From NCBI GenBank assembly GCA_963782465.1, contig CAWAJR010000001.1, positions 205,153 through 237,152 of the forward strand: a DNA stretch of 32,000 bases, in the 5' to 3' direction. Source of the stretch: an uncultured Actinomycetes bacterium. GTDB lineage: Bacteria; Actinomycetota; Acidimicrobiia; IMCC26256; PALSA-610. Each line of letters begins with the position of its first letter. Positions within the stretch are counted from its first letter, which is position 1. A model generated the notes under the pieces. It ran no database searches. It was not told where the DNA came from and saw only the letters and a program-made list of their open reading frames with translations. Shown piece after piece: positions 24,651-32,000 of this stretch. Position numbers and translations under genes: made by a program.

Positions 24651-25766
24651 ATGAGTTACCGCGACCGTATCGACGCGCCCGGGCCGAAGCGGCTCCTCGC
24701 GATCGACGGCGGCGGGATTCGCGGGATCGTCGCGCTGGAGATTCTCGCCCGCCTCGAACGCGAGCTGCGCGTGGCGACCGGCCGGCCCGACCTCGTCCTC
24801 GCAGACGTGTTCGACTACATCGGCGGCACGAGCACAGGCGCGATCATCGCGGCCTGCCTTTCGCTCGGCTTCACGTCGCAGCGCATCCTCGACGTCTACC
24901 TCGAGCGAGGCGCGGAGATGTTCGATCGCGCCCGGCTCCTCGAGCGGCTGCACCACCAGTACGACGACGACCCGCTCGAAGCAATCTTGAAGGCCGAGCT
25001 CGGCTCCGACACCACGTTCGGCAGTGATCGGCTGCGCACCTTGCTGCTCCTCGTGCTGCGCAACGCGACGACCGACTCGCCGTGGCCACTGAGCAACAAC
25101 CCCCGGGCCGCGTTCAACGATCCCGAACTCGAAGACTGCAACCTCGACCTACCGCTGTGGCAACTGGTCCGGGCGAGCACCGCCGCCCCCACCTACTTCG
25201 CGCCCGAGACGGTTCGGCTCGGGTCTCGCGACTTCGTGTTCGTCGACGGCGCGGTCACGCCCTTCAACAACCCGGCGTTACAGCTGTTCCTGATGGCGAC
25301 CGTCGACGCCTACCGCCTCGGTTGGCCCACCGGCGAGGATCGGCTTCTTCTCGTCTCGGTCGGCACGGGCAACACCGCGCACCCGCGGCCGGATCTCGAG
25401 GAGGACGACATGCACGTCCTCTTCCACGCGAAGGCGACGCCCGCCGCGCTCATGTTCTCGACCGCCGCGCAGCAAGACATGCTCTGCCGGCTTCTCGGTA
25501 CCTGCCGGTCCGGCGAACCGCTCGATTCCGAGGTCGGCGACCTGAGGGCGAGCGCGCCGCTGCTCGCCGATCCGCTCTTCACGTACCTGCGGTACGACCT
25601 CGAGCTGACCGAACGCAACCTCGAACGGTTGGGATGTGGGAATGTGAACGTGCGCGACGTCGTAGCCATCGATTCGGTCGACCACCTCGATGATCTCTGC
25701 CGTGTGGGTCGTGCCATCGCCGAGCTGCAAGTCGACATCTCGCACCTCGACGGATTTACCGACTGA
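24651..25766 (+). CDS. Patatin-like phospholipase
   Basis: Motifs: AIDGGGIRG oxyanion hole; GGTSTG, i.e. GxSxG with Ser61 (agc, 24831-24833); and FVDGAV, the catalytic Asp. ATG 24651 lies 16 nt after the TIR-beta-helix stop, with AGGGGG 8 nt upstream. Confidence 0.9.
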   Translation: MSYRDRIDAPGPKRLLAIDGGGIRGIVALEILARLERELRVATGRPDLVLADVFDYIGGTSTGAIIAACLSLGFTSQRILDVYLERGAEMFDRARLLERLHHQYDDDPLEAILKAELGSDTTFGSDRLRTLLLLVLRNATTDSPWPLSNNPRAAFNDPELEDCNLDLPLWQLVRASTAAPTYFAPETVRLGSRDFVFVDGAVTPFNNPALQLFLMATVDAYRLGWPTGEDRLLLVSVGTGNTAHPRPDLEEDDMHVLFHAKATPAALMFSTAAQQDMLCRLLGTCRSGEPLDSEVGDLRASAPLLADPLFTYLRYDLELTERNLERLGCGNVNVRDVVAIDSVDHLDDLCRVGRAIAELQVDISHLDGFTD

Positions 25767-25780
25767 CCCCTTCACGTCGC

Positions 25781-26635
25781 TCAGTCGTACCGGTAGTCGG
25801 TGCAGTAGAGAGCCGACGCGGCCCCGACGAACACGGCGACCGCGACCGTGGCGATCGCGAACTCGGTGGCGATCGCGAGGTCCAGCCCGACCGCCGTCGC
25901 TCCTTCGCCGAACGCAGCCATCTGCAGGAAGCCCCCGACGATCGCGAGCGGCACGGCGCAGACAGCCACGATGCGAACGAACACGAGCACGGTGCGCCCC
26001 TGCACCTCCTTCCACGAGAGCACGAGGCACTGTGCCCAGCCGAGCCCGGGGATGAGGTCGTCCTCGGCCACGGCGATCGGCACGACGAAGCAGGTACGGG
26101 TGACGAGCGCGACCGCGAGGAGCTCCGCGACCACCGTCGCGGGGAGCGCGGCCCAGAACGACCACTTGTCGACGACGGTCGCGGGCACGAAGACGATCGC
26201 GAACACTGCGGCGAGCACGACGGACCAGGCGGCGAAGACGCGCGGCGCGCGGCGCAGCGCGTGCAGGAGGTTGGAGCGCGTCGGGAGCCGGTCCCCGGCG
26301 CGCCGGGAGACGGCGATCGAGAAGTACGTCTGTGCGAACGCCGTCATCGCCCCCCACGACAACAAGACCACACGCAGCTCGAACGTCCAGTTCGCGAATG
26401 TCCGGTCGACGGCTCGGTGCAGGCGGGCGCGCAGGACGTCGAACGTGCCGAACGCGCCGAGCCGGTATGCGTGGCCGATCTTCGTGACGTCGTGGGGGCT
26501 CGCCAGGTGTGGGTTGACGAACAGGTGTTTGAACACCCACCCGACCATGGCGTCCATCACGACCCAGACGACGAACGTCGCCACGAAGAGAGACGGCAGT
26601 GCACCGCACATCGCGAAGAACGCCCGCACGATCAC
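25781..26635 (-). CDS. Polytopic (about 6 TM) hypothetical membrane protein, convergent with the patatin gene
   Basis: Several long hydrophobic segments (e.g. ALPSLFVATFVVWVVMDAMVGWV, VFAAWSVVLAAVFAIVFVPA, VLVFVRIVAVCAVPLAIVGGF). The start is uncertain (GTG 26635/26629, ATG 26611). The track ORF's N-terminus up to 27028 would overlap the divergent small gene. Confidence 0.55.
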   Translation of the reverse strand: MIVRAFFAMCGALPSLFVATFVVWVVMDAMVGWVFKHLFVNPHLASPHDVTKIGHAYRLGAFGTFDVLRARLHRAVDRTFANWTFELRVVLLSWGAMTAFAQTYFSIAVSRRAGDRLPTRSNLLHALRRAPRVFAAWSVVLAAVFAIVFVPATVVDKWSFWAALPATVVAELLAVALVTRTCFVVPIAVAEDDLIPGLGWAQCLVLSWKEVQGRTVLVFVRIVAVCAVPLAIVGGFLQMAAFGEGATAVGLDLAIATEFAIATVAVAVFVGAASALYCTDYRYD

Positions 26636-26827
26636 GTGCTCGCGTGCTCGACTCCGTGCTCCGCCCGTCACGACAGTCCGATGCTTCCATCTGATCGCCG
26701 CCGACGCCAATGCGTAACGGCACCGATGAGCGTTCGGGAGTGGCGTCGGCAACGGGGCCGCCGCCCTGCGCCCTTGATGATCCGGTAGCCACGCTGGCGA
26801 AGGCGTGATGCAGCTAGCGTCGCCGGC

Positions 26828-27046
26828 ATGCCGAAACACGAGATCGAAGCCGGCCTCCCCGCGCATGAGATCGTCAACGCCGACGTGACGATCGCGGTCA
26901 AGAGCGACGGCAAGCTGCTCGGTGAACTGCTGGTCAGCCGCGGGTCGGTCGATTGGCGGCCGGCCCGCCATCAGTACTCGGTCCGGCTGAGTTGGGAGAA
27001 GTTCGCGCGGCTCATGGAACGGGTGCACGACGGCGAGATCCGTTAA
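26828..27046 (+). CDS. Small (72 aa) soluble hypothetical protein
   Basis: MPKHEIEAGLPAHEIVNADVTIAVKSDGKLLGELLVSRGSVDWRPARHQYSVRLSWEKFARLMERVHDGEIR has a balanced, protein-like composition. I am not certain of any family. Confidence 0.5.
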   Translation: MPKHEIEAGLPAHEIVNADVTIAVKSDGKLLGELLVSRGSVDWRPARHQYSVRLSWEKFARLMERVHDGEIR

Positions 27047-27100
27047 CCGGGTGATGAATCATGTCTTCGACGGCGCGCTCCAGAAGGTCACCCTGAGCGC

Positions 27101-27536
27101 CTACGTGTTGGGCGGGCAGAAGAATTCGAGTTGGATGTTGTCGGGGTCGCGGAAGACGAGCACGGACCCGTAGGGCTCGTCGGTGATGGGCGACTGGGTG
27201 AGCGGCTTGTCGGCGGTGTCGACTCGGCTGACGCCGTTGGCATCGAGATGTTCCTGCCACGCCGAAAGGTCGGCGCGCGTGGGAACGAAGAAGCCGGCGT
27301 GGTCGAGCCCGGTGGCCGTTTCGCCGAAGAGACTTCGGTCGTTGGCGTCGTGGCGGTGCAACACGATCATCAGTTCGTGAGCATCGTCGGCGAGGACTTT
27401 GCCAACGCCGCCTTCGTGGGGAACGTCCATGAGGAAATGGACGCCGAAGACGGCTTCGTACCAACGCACACTCGCGTCGAGGTCGGTGACGGTCGAGCGC
27501 GAGATGGTGGAGGTGAGGGCGGGTGACGCTGGGCAT
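27101..27536 (-). pseudogene. VOC/glyoxalase family protein; apparent 1-nt insertion near 27494
   Basis: ATG 27536 has a strong SD (GAAGGAGG, 6 nt) and gives MPSVTRPHLHHLAL. Skipping one base joins it to TVTDLDASVRWYEAVFGVHFLMDV... (track ORF 27101-27469). 436-1 nt = 145 codons. Confidence 0.7.
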
Positions 27537-27562
27537 ACTGAGCCTCCTTCGACTTCGAGATG

Positions 27563-28285
27563 TCAGGCAGCGGCCGTGAGCCGCCCGCGGTAGTCGGCGG
27601 CCAGGTCGAGCAACGCCGCCCCGCAGTCGCCGGCGAACGACGAGCCGTGCATGAGCGCCAACGTGGTGGGAGCGAGCGCGGCCAGGCGCTCGATCGTCGA
27701 CGGTGTCGAGGGTGCGAGGCTCGAGTAACCGAACAGGTCTTCGGCATCGGCGGCCGGACCGAGGATGTCGCCCTCGGTGAGCGCGGGGCCATCGCCGAGA
27801 TGGGTGAAGAGGTCACCGCACAGGAGCGTGCCTGTGGTTTCTTCGAACAGCACTCGAGCCTCCCACGCATGCGGAACGTGGGGCGTGTCGATGTGGCGCA
27901 CCCGTTTCGCGCCGAGCGCGATCGTGTCGTCGCCGGCCAGCGGCAGGGGCGGCCGGTCTGCCATCTCGCCGATCGACACCATGCACCCGAGCGCACCGTG
28001 CGCCACCTGCGCGCGTGGCGCCACCGCGAGCAGCTCGTTCATCGCTCCGCACTCATCCGACTCGACGTGACCGAACGTGATCCAGCGCAGACGCTCGACC
28101 GGCACGATGCGGTCGATGGCTTCGCGAACGCTGGTGAACATGGAGCGATGCCCGGTATGGAACAGCAGCGGCTCGTCGTCGTCGAGCAGGAACTGGTTGA
28201 ACGTGAACCCCGTCGGGCCGATGTCGGGTACGAACGTCGACAGCCGGTAGATGCGCGGGGCGATCTCGTCGACCTTGGTGGTCAT
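27563..28285 (-). CDS. MBL-fold (metallo-beta-lactamase superfamily) protein
   Basis: MTTKVDEIAPRIYRLSTFVP...LLFHTGHRSMF...ITFGHVESDECGAMN...HIDTPHVPHAW. ATG 28285 lies 5 nt after GGAGCC of AGAGGAGCC. The track ORF's N-terminal 205 aa are out-of-frame overlap with tetR. Confidence 0.7.
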   Translation of the reverse strand: MTTKVDEIAPRIYRLSTFVPDIGPTGFTFNQFLLDDDEPLLFHTGHRSMFTSVREAIDRIVPVERLRWITFGHVESDECGAMNELLAVAPRAQVAHGALGCMVSIGEMADRPPLPLAGDDTIALGAKRVRHIDTPHVPHAWEARVLFEETTGTLLCGDLFTHLGDGPALTEGDILGPAADAEDLFGYSSLAPSTPSTIERLAALAPTTLALMHGSSFAGDCGAALLDLAADYRGRLTAAA

Positions 28286-28287
28286 GA

Positions 28288-28926
28288 TCAGGCTCCTCTG
28301 GTTGGGGGCGATTTCGGTTTGGATTTCCGACGGGAAACTGCCGGTCGGCAGTGGGCCAGGAACATGGCGACGGCTTCTTCGATCAGCCGGGCCCACCTGT
28401 CGCCGCCCGGATCGTTGGACAGCTGCTGGTCGACCAGACCGGTGACCAAAGCCGTCCAGAGGTCCAGATGTCTTGGCTCGGTGATGCCGTTGCGCGCCAG
28501 CCGCTCCCGCGTGCCGTCGAGAGCCCTGACTGCGGGTGCGTACGACTCGGCCGATGGGGCGAAGCCGGGGATCGTGCGCTGGAACAGCAGCTGGTAGCGA
28601 GCGACGTCGCTGGTGCAGAAGTCGACGAAACGACGAACCGACACAACGAGGATCGCGCTTGGCTCGGCCGTGTCGAACGGCTCGGACATCCGGTCGGCGA
28701 ACTCGGTCGCGGCCCGACCGAACATGGCGTCGTAGATCGCGTTCTTCGAATCGAAGTACGCGTAGACCGTCGGGGTGGTGATGCCCGCTCGCGCCGCCAG
28801 GTCGCGCAACGACAGCCCCGACAGGCCTTGTTCCTCTACCAACTCCCAGGCGGCGTCGACGATCGCGTCCCGAGCCGACTGGCGCCTGCTCTCGCGCCAA
28901 TCGATCGCCGGACCACTCTTTGACAT
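28288..28926 (-). CDS. TetR/AcrR-family transcriptional regulator
   Basis: ARDAIVDAAWELVEEQGLSGLSLRDLAARAGITTPTVYAYFDSKNAIYDAM is a typical TetR HTH. Confidence 0.9.
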   Translation of the reverse strand: MSKSGPAIDWRESRRQSARDAIVDAAWELVEEQGLSGLSLRDLAARAGITTPTVYAYFDSKNAIYDAMFGRAATEFADRMSEPFDTAEPSAILVVSVRRFVDFCTSDVARYQLLFQRTIPGFAPSAESYAPAVRALDGTRERLARNGITEPRHLDLWTALVTGLVDQQLSNDPGGDRWARLIEEAVAMFLAHCRPAVSRRKSKPKSPPTRGA

Positions 28927-28937
28927 AGCTCGTTATC

Positions 28938-28954
28938 CTTTAACACTGTCAAAG
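28938..28954. promoter_or_regulatory. Imperfect palindrome CTTTAACA-C-TGTCAAAG upstream of tetR; candidate TetR operator
   Basis: Read directly. It begins 12 nt upstream of the tetR start. Confidence 0.4.
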
Positions 28955-28972
28955 AAAAGTCAACCGAGCCCT

Positions 28973-29677
28973 TCACTCGTCGTTTGCGCCTCCGTGCGAA
29001 CGTGATGCCTGTTCGACCAGCTCGACGGTGAGGTCGTCGAGACCGGTGACGGCGGCGTCGGCGGCCGCGACGACCTCGCGATCGGGCGGGAAGTGCGGGT
29101 TCGGGACGGCGACGAGTGCCATCTCGGCCGCCAGCGCCGCGCGCATGCCGTTGGTCGAGTCTTCGATCGCGACACAGCGCGACGGCGGCACGCCGAGACG
29201 AGCAGCGGCGGCGAGGTAGACGTCGGGCGCAGGCTTGCCGTGCTCGACTTCTTCCGACGACACGGTCGCCGTGAACGAGTCGCGCAGGCCACTCGCGTCG
29301 AGGAAATGCTCGATGATCGACCGGTTGGACGACGACGCCAAACCGATCGGCCATCGCTCGGCCACGCGCCGCACCGCGTCCTGTGCCCCGGGAAGCAAGG
29401 GGAGGCGCTCGTCGTACCGGGATGCGACATACGCCGCGACTTCGGTGGAGATGCGTCCAACCGGCAACCCGACACCGAGCTCGTCGCGCACGTACTGGGA
29501 CCATTCCCGCGAGCTCATGCCCATCATGTCGCGGGTCGCGCCATCCGACCACGAGCCGCCGAAGCGGGCGACGAGGCTGCGCCGGGCTTCGTCCCAGATG
29601 GTCTCGGAGTCGACGAGTACGCCGTCGAGATCGAACACCACCGCGCCGGTACCGGAGGTCGCAGGCTTCGCGCACAT
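28973..29677 (-). CDS. HAD-superfamily hydrolase (subfamily IA, beta-phosphoglucomutase-like)
   Basis: VVFDLDGVLVDSE (DxD motif), GLASSS, KPAPDVYL and IEDSTNGMRAA are present. The start is taken as ATG 29677; ATG 29773 is possible. Confidence 0.8.
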   Translation of the reverse strand: MCAKPATSGTGAVVFDLDGVLVDSETIWDEARRSLVARFGGSWSDGATRDMMGMSSREWSQYVRDELGVGLPVGRISTEVAAYVASRYDERLPLLPGAQDAVRRVAERWPIGLASSSNRSIIEHFLDASGLRDSFTATVSSEEVEHGKPAPDVYLAAAARLGVPPSRCVAIEDSTNGMRAALAAEMALVAVPNPHFPPDREVVAAADAAVTGLDDLTVELVEQASRSHGGANDE

Positions 29678-29844
29678 CGTCGGATGGGAACGATAGGTCG
29701 CGTCGCGCAGTCGCCCGACCGCGTTGAGATGCCGGGTCGCCGGTTGCGGCGCAGCAGTTCGCGGGGCGTTCATCTGACGGGAGCGCACGACCGCTCCGCA
29801 CTGGGCAAGATGTGCCCACCACCGGCAGATCAAGTGAGGATCGC

Positions 29845-30645
29845 ATGGCCGAAAAGACCAATCCAATCGTGTTCATCCACGGCTTGTGGCTCCACTCCAC
29901 TTCCTGGAAGGCCTGGGAAGACTTCTTCGGGACGGCTGGGTACGAGACGATGGCGCCGGGGTGGCCCGGCGACCAGGACACCGTCGAGCTCGCACGCGCC
30001 AATCCCGACAGCGTTGCGAACATCGGTGTCGACGAGGTCGTCGACCACTACGCGAAGATCATCGACGCACTGTCGAACCAGCCGATCCTCATCGGGCATT
30101 CGTTCGGCGGGTTGATCGCCGAGAAGCTGCTCGGCCAGAACCGGGGTGCGGCGGCAGTGGCGATCGACGCCGCGCAGATCAAGGGCGTGTTGCCCCTCCC
30201 GCTGTCGTCGCTACGCGCGACGTTGCCCGTGTTCAAGAACCCGGCGAACAAGCATCGCGCCGTGACACTGACAGCGGAGCAATTCCGCTATGCGTTCGGC
30301 AACGCGCTGAGCGACGACGAGTCGGCCGCGCTCTACGAACAGTGGGTCGTGTCGGCGCCGGGCCGGCCGCTCTTCGAGGCCGCTACCGCGAACTTCAAAC
30401 CGAACGCACCGACGAAGGTCGACACCGGCAACGCCGACCGTGGGCCCCTGTTGCTGATCACGGGCGGCCAGGACCACACCGTGCCGGAAGCGATCACGAA
30501 GTCGACGCTCAAGCAATACCGCCACTCGCCCGCAGTGACCGACCTGATGGAGTTCCCCGACCGGGGCCACTCCCTCACGATCGACGCCGGCTGGCGAGAG
30601 ATCGCCGAGGCATCGCTCATCTGGCTCGAGAAACAAGGCCTCTGA
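29845..30645 (+). CDS. Alpha/beta-fold hydrolase
   Basis: PIVFIHGLW, GHSFGG (nucleophile elbow) and a late DRGHSL motif are present. GAGGA lies 5 nt before ATG 29845. Confidence 0.8.
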   Translation: MAEKTNPIVFIHGLWLHSTSWKAWEDFFGTAGYETMAPGWPGDQDTVELARANPDSVANIGVDEVVDHYAKIIDALSNQPILIGHSFGGLIAEKLLGQNRGAAAVAIDAAQIKGVLPLPLSSLRATLPVFKNPANKHRAVTLTAEQFRYAFGNALSDDESAALYEQWVVSAPGRPLFEAATANFKPNAPTKVDTGNADRGPLLLITGGQDHTVPEAITKSTLKQYRHSPAVTDLMEFPDRGHSLTIDAGWREIAEASLIWLEKQGL

Positions 30646-30655
30646 CCCGGCGCGC

Positions 30656-31000
30656 TCATCGCGCCGCGCAGGCGACACAGCGGCTCGTCGCGGGGCGGGC
30701 GACGAGCCGCTCCGCTGGTATCGATGCGCCGCACACTTCGCAGACGCCGTACAGCCCGAGCCGGACGCGTTCGGAAGCGTTGTCGATCTCCGCGAGCCGG
30801 GCCCGCGCCGCGTCGAGCAACGCGGTTGCCTGCGCGCGTTCGAACCCGATCGTTGCGCCGTCGGGGTCGTGCTCGTCGTCGACCGCATCGAACTCCGTCG
30901 ACGCGACGATGGCTTCGACCTGGCGGGTGAGGTCGGCGATCAGGTCCGCCGTGCGCTCGCGTTCGCGTCGGAGGGCCGACGCCGGTTCGCGGTCGTTCAC
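30656..31000 (-). CDS. TraR/DksA-family C4 zinc-finger protein
   Basis: A coiled-coil region is followed by YGVCEVCGASIPAERLVARPATSRCVACA. Confidence 0.8.
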   Translation of the reverse strand: MNDREPASALRRERERTADLIADLTRQVEAIVASTEFDAVDDEHDPDGATIGFERAQATALLDAARARLAEIDNASERVRLGLYGVCEVCGASIPAERLVARPATSRCVACAAR

Positions 31001-31007
31001 CCGACCA

Positions 31008-32000
31008 TCATGATGCTTCGTCGACCGCTCGGTGCATCCAGGTCACGAACTCGGCGGCCGGCACCGGCCGGCTGATGAGGTAACCCTGAAGCTCGTCACA
31101 ACCGAGTTCGCGCAACGCGTGCCGTTGAGGCGGGGTTTCAACACCTTCGGCGACGATGCCGATCCCGAGCTGATGACCGAGATCGGTGATCATGCGGATC
31201 AACGAGTGATCGTGCGGGTGATGCATCTGGCTGACGAACGAACGGTCGATCTTGATCGCGTTGACCGGTAGGTGGTGGAGGTGCGCGATCGACGTGTACC
31301 CGGTACCGAAGTCGTCGATGTAGACCCGCACACCGAGACGCTGTACCGCTTCGAGTTGTGTCGCCGCGACGACGAAGTCGCGCAGCAGCACGGTCTCGGT
31401 CACTTCGAGGATCAGCCGGTGCGGGTCGGCACCGGACGCGTCGATGGCTTCGCGTACGTGCCCCTCGAGCGACTGGCTGAGCAGGTGGCGACCGGAGATG
31501 TTCACGGCGATGGTCATACCGCCGAGAACAGGATCGGCGGCCCAGGCCGCCAATTGGCGGGTTGCCGTCGCGAGCACCCAGGTGTCGACGTCGATGATGA
31601 GGTCGCTGGCTTCGGCGACGGGGATGAACTCGTCGGGCGGGACCAACCGCCCATCGCGGTTCCAGCGCACGAGCGCTTCCACTCCGGTCGTGACACCGGT
31701 CGAGGTATCGACCACCGGCTGGTAGTAGAGGACGAGATCGCCGTCGCGTTGCAGTGCCGCCCCGAGTTCCTCCTCGATCGTCGATTGATGCACGAGTTCC
31801 TGCTGCAAGGCTTCGTCGTACATCTCGATACGCGAGCGTCCGCCCTGCTTGGCGCGGTAGAGGGCGAGGTCGGAACGCGCGAGCAGCTGGCTCGCGTCGG
31901 CTTCGCCGTCGAGGGCGAGCGCCACGCCGACTGATGCACCGACACTGAAGTGGAGGTTGTTGACGGCGATCGGCTCCCTGATCGCATCGACGATGCGGCG
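31008..32000 (-). CDS. GGDEF-EAL domain protein (cyclic-di-GMP turnover), 5' end outside the window
   Basis: The EAL domain has EALVRW, DDFGTGYTS, KIDRSF and EGVET. Upstream, the same frame stays open to base 32000 and reads like the end of a GGDEF domain (HFSVGASVGVALALDGEADASQLLARSDLALYRAKQGGR). Confidence 0.85.
   Translation of the reverse strand, partial: RRIVDAIREPIAVNNLHFSVGASVGVALALDGEADASQLLARSDLALYRAKQGGRSRIEMYDEALQQELVHQSTIEEELGAALQRDGDLVLYYQPVVDTSTGVTTGVEALVRWNRDGRLVPPDEFIPVAEASDLIIDVDTWVLATATRQLAAWAADPVLGGMTIAVNISGRHLLSQSLEGHVREAIDASGADPHRLILEVTETVLLRDFVVAATQLEAVQRLGVRVYIDDFGTGYTSIAHLHHLPVNAIKIDRSFVSQMHHPHDHSLIRMITDLGHQLGIGIVAEGVETPPQRHALRELGCDELQGYLISRPVPAAEFVTWMHRAVDEAS

Noticed and set aside
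25278-26792. 504-aa minus ORF and 25848-26717 plus ORF
   Set aside because: These are alternative frames over the patatin 3' end and the membrane-protein gene. The hydrophobic TM-rich frame (25781-26635) is the only coherent one.
1742-27536. Programmed ribosomal frameshifting or deliberate split genes as an explanation for the broken ORFs
   Set aside because: Seven unrelated genes are affected in both +1 and -1 directions. I saw no shared slippery heptamer or downstream structure, and several junctions fall in short G/C runs. Assembly indels are the simpler explanation.

Overview
High-G+C, Actinomycetota-like chromosomal segment; the taxon is inferred only from gene content (GlnR, GSII, Mrp) and codon style. 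I saw no rRNA, tRNA, CRISPR array, transposase or integrase.

Layout:
- 1-4.2 kb: an Fe-S carrier module (mrp, an ArsR-type regulator, an IscA/HesB protein), plus a proline-rich membrane protein gene that the ORF track does not list.
- 4.2-9.6 kb: lipoproteins, a compact 2Fe-2S/molybdopterin oxidoreductase fusion, RidA, and a MerR regulator with a dyad-rich operator.
- 9.6-14.6 kb: a nitrogen-assimilation block with GlnR and three different glutamine synthetases.
- 14.8-27 kb: an accessory region.
- 27-32 kb: VOC, MBL-fold, TetR, HAD, alpha/beta hydrolase, TraR/DksA, and a GGDEF-EAL gene that runs off the window.

The most interesting part is in the accessory region. A TIR protein, a 3-TM/Rossmann-like/tandem-RyR-domain protein, a TIR-beta-helix protein and a patatin phospholipase sit co-directionally at 18.7-25.8 kb. 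Diverging from them is a translationally coupled operon of a small ORF, a ClpC-like AAA+ ATPase and an SRPBCC protein. I read this as a candidate undescribed TIR/NAD-derived-signal (Thoeris-like) defence system.

Caveat: at least six conserved genes, and probably the 3' end of mrp, carry single-base frame disruptions. This looks like assembly indel error, so several track ORFs had to be merged by hand. All family assignments come from motif recognition by eye; no searches were run.
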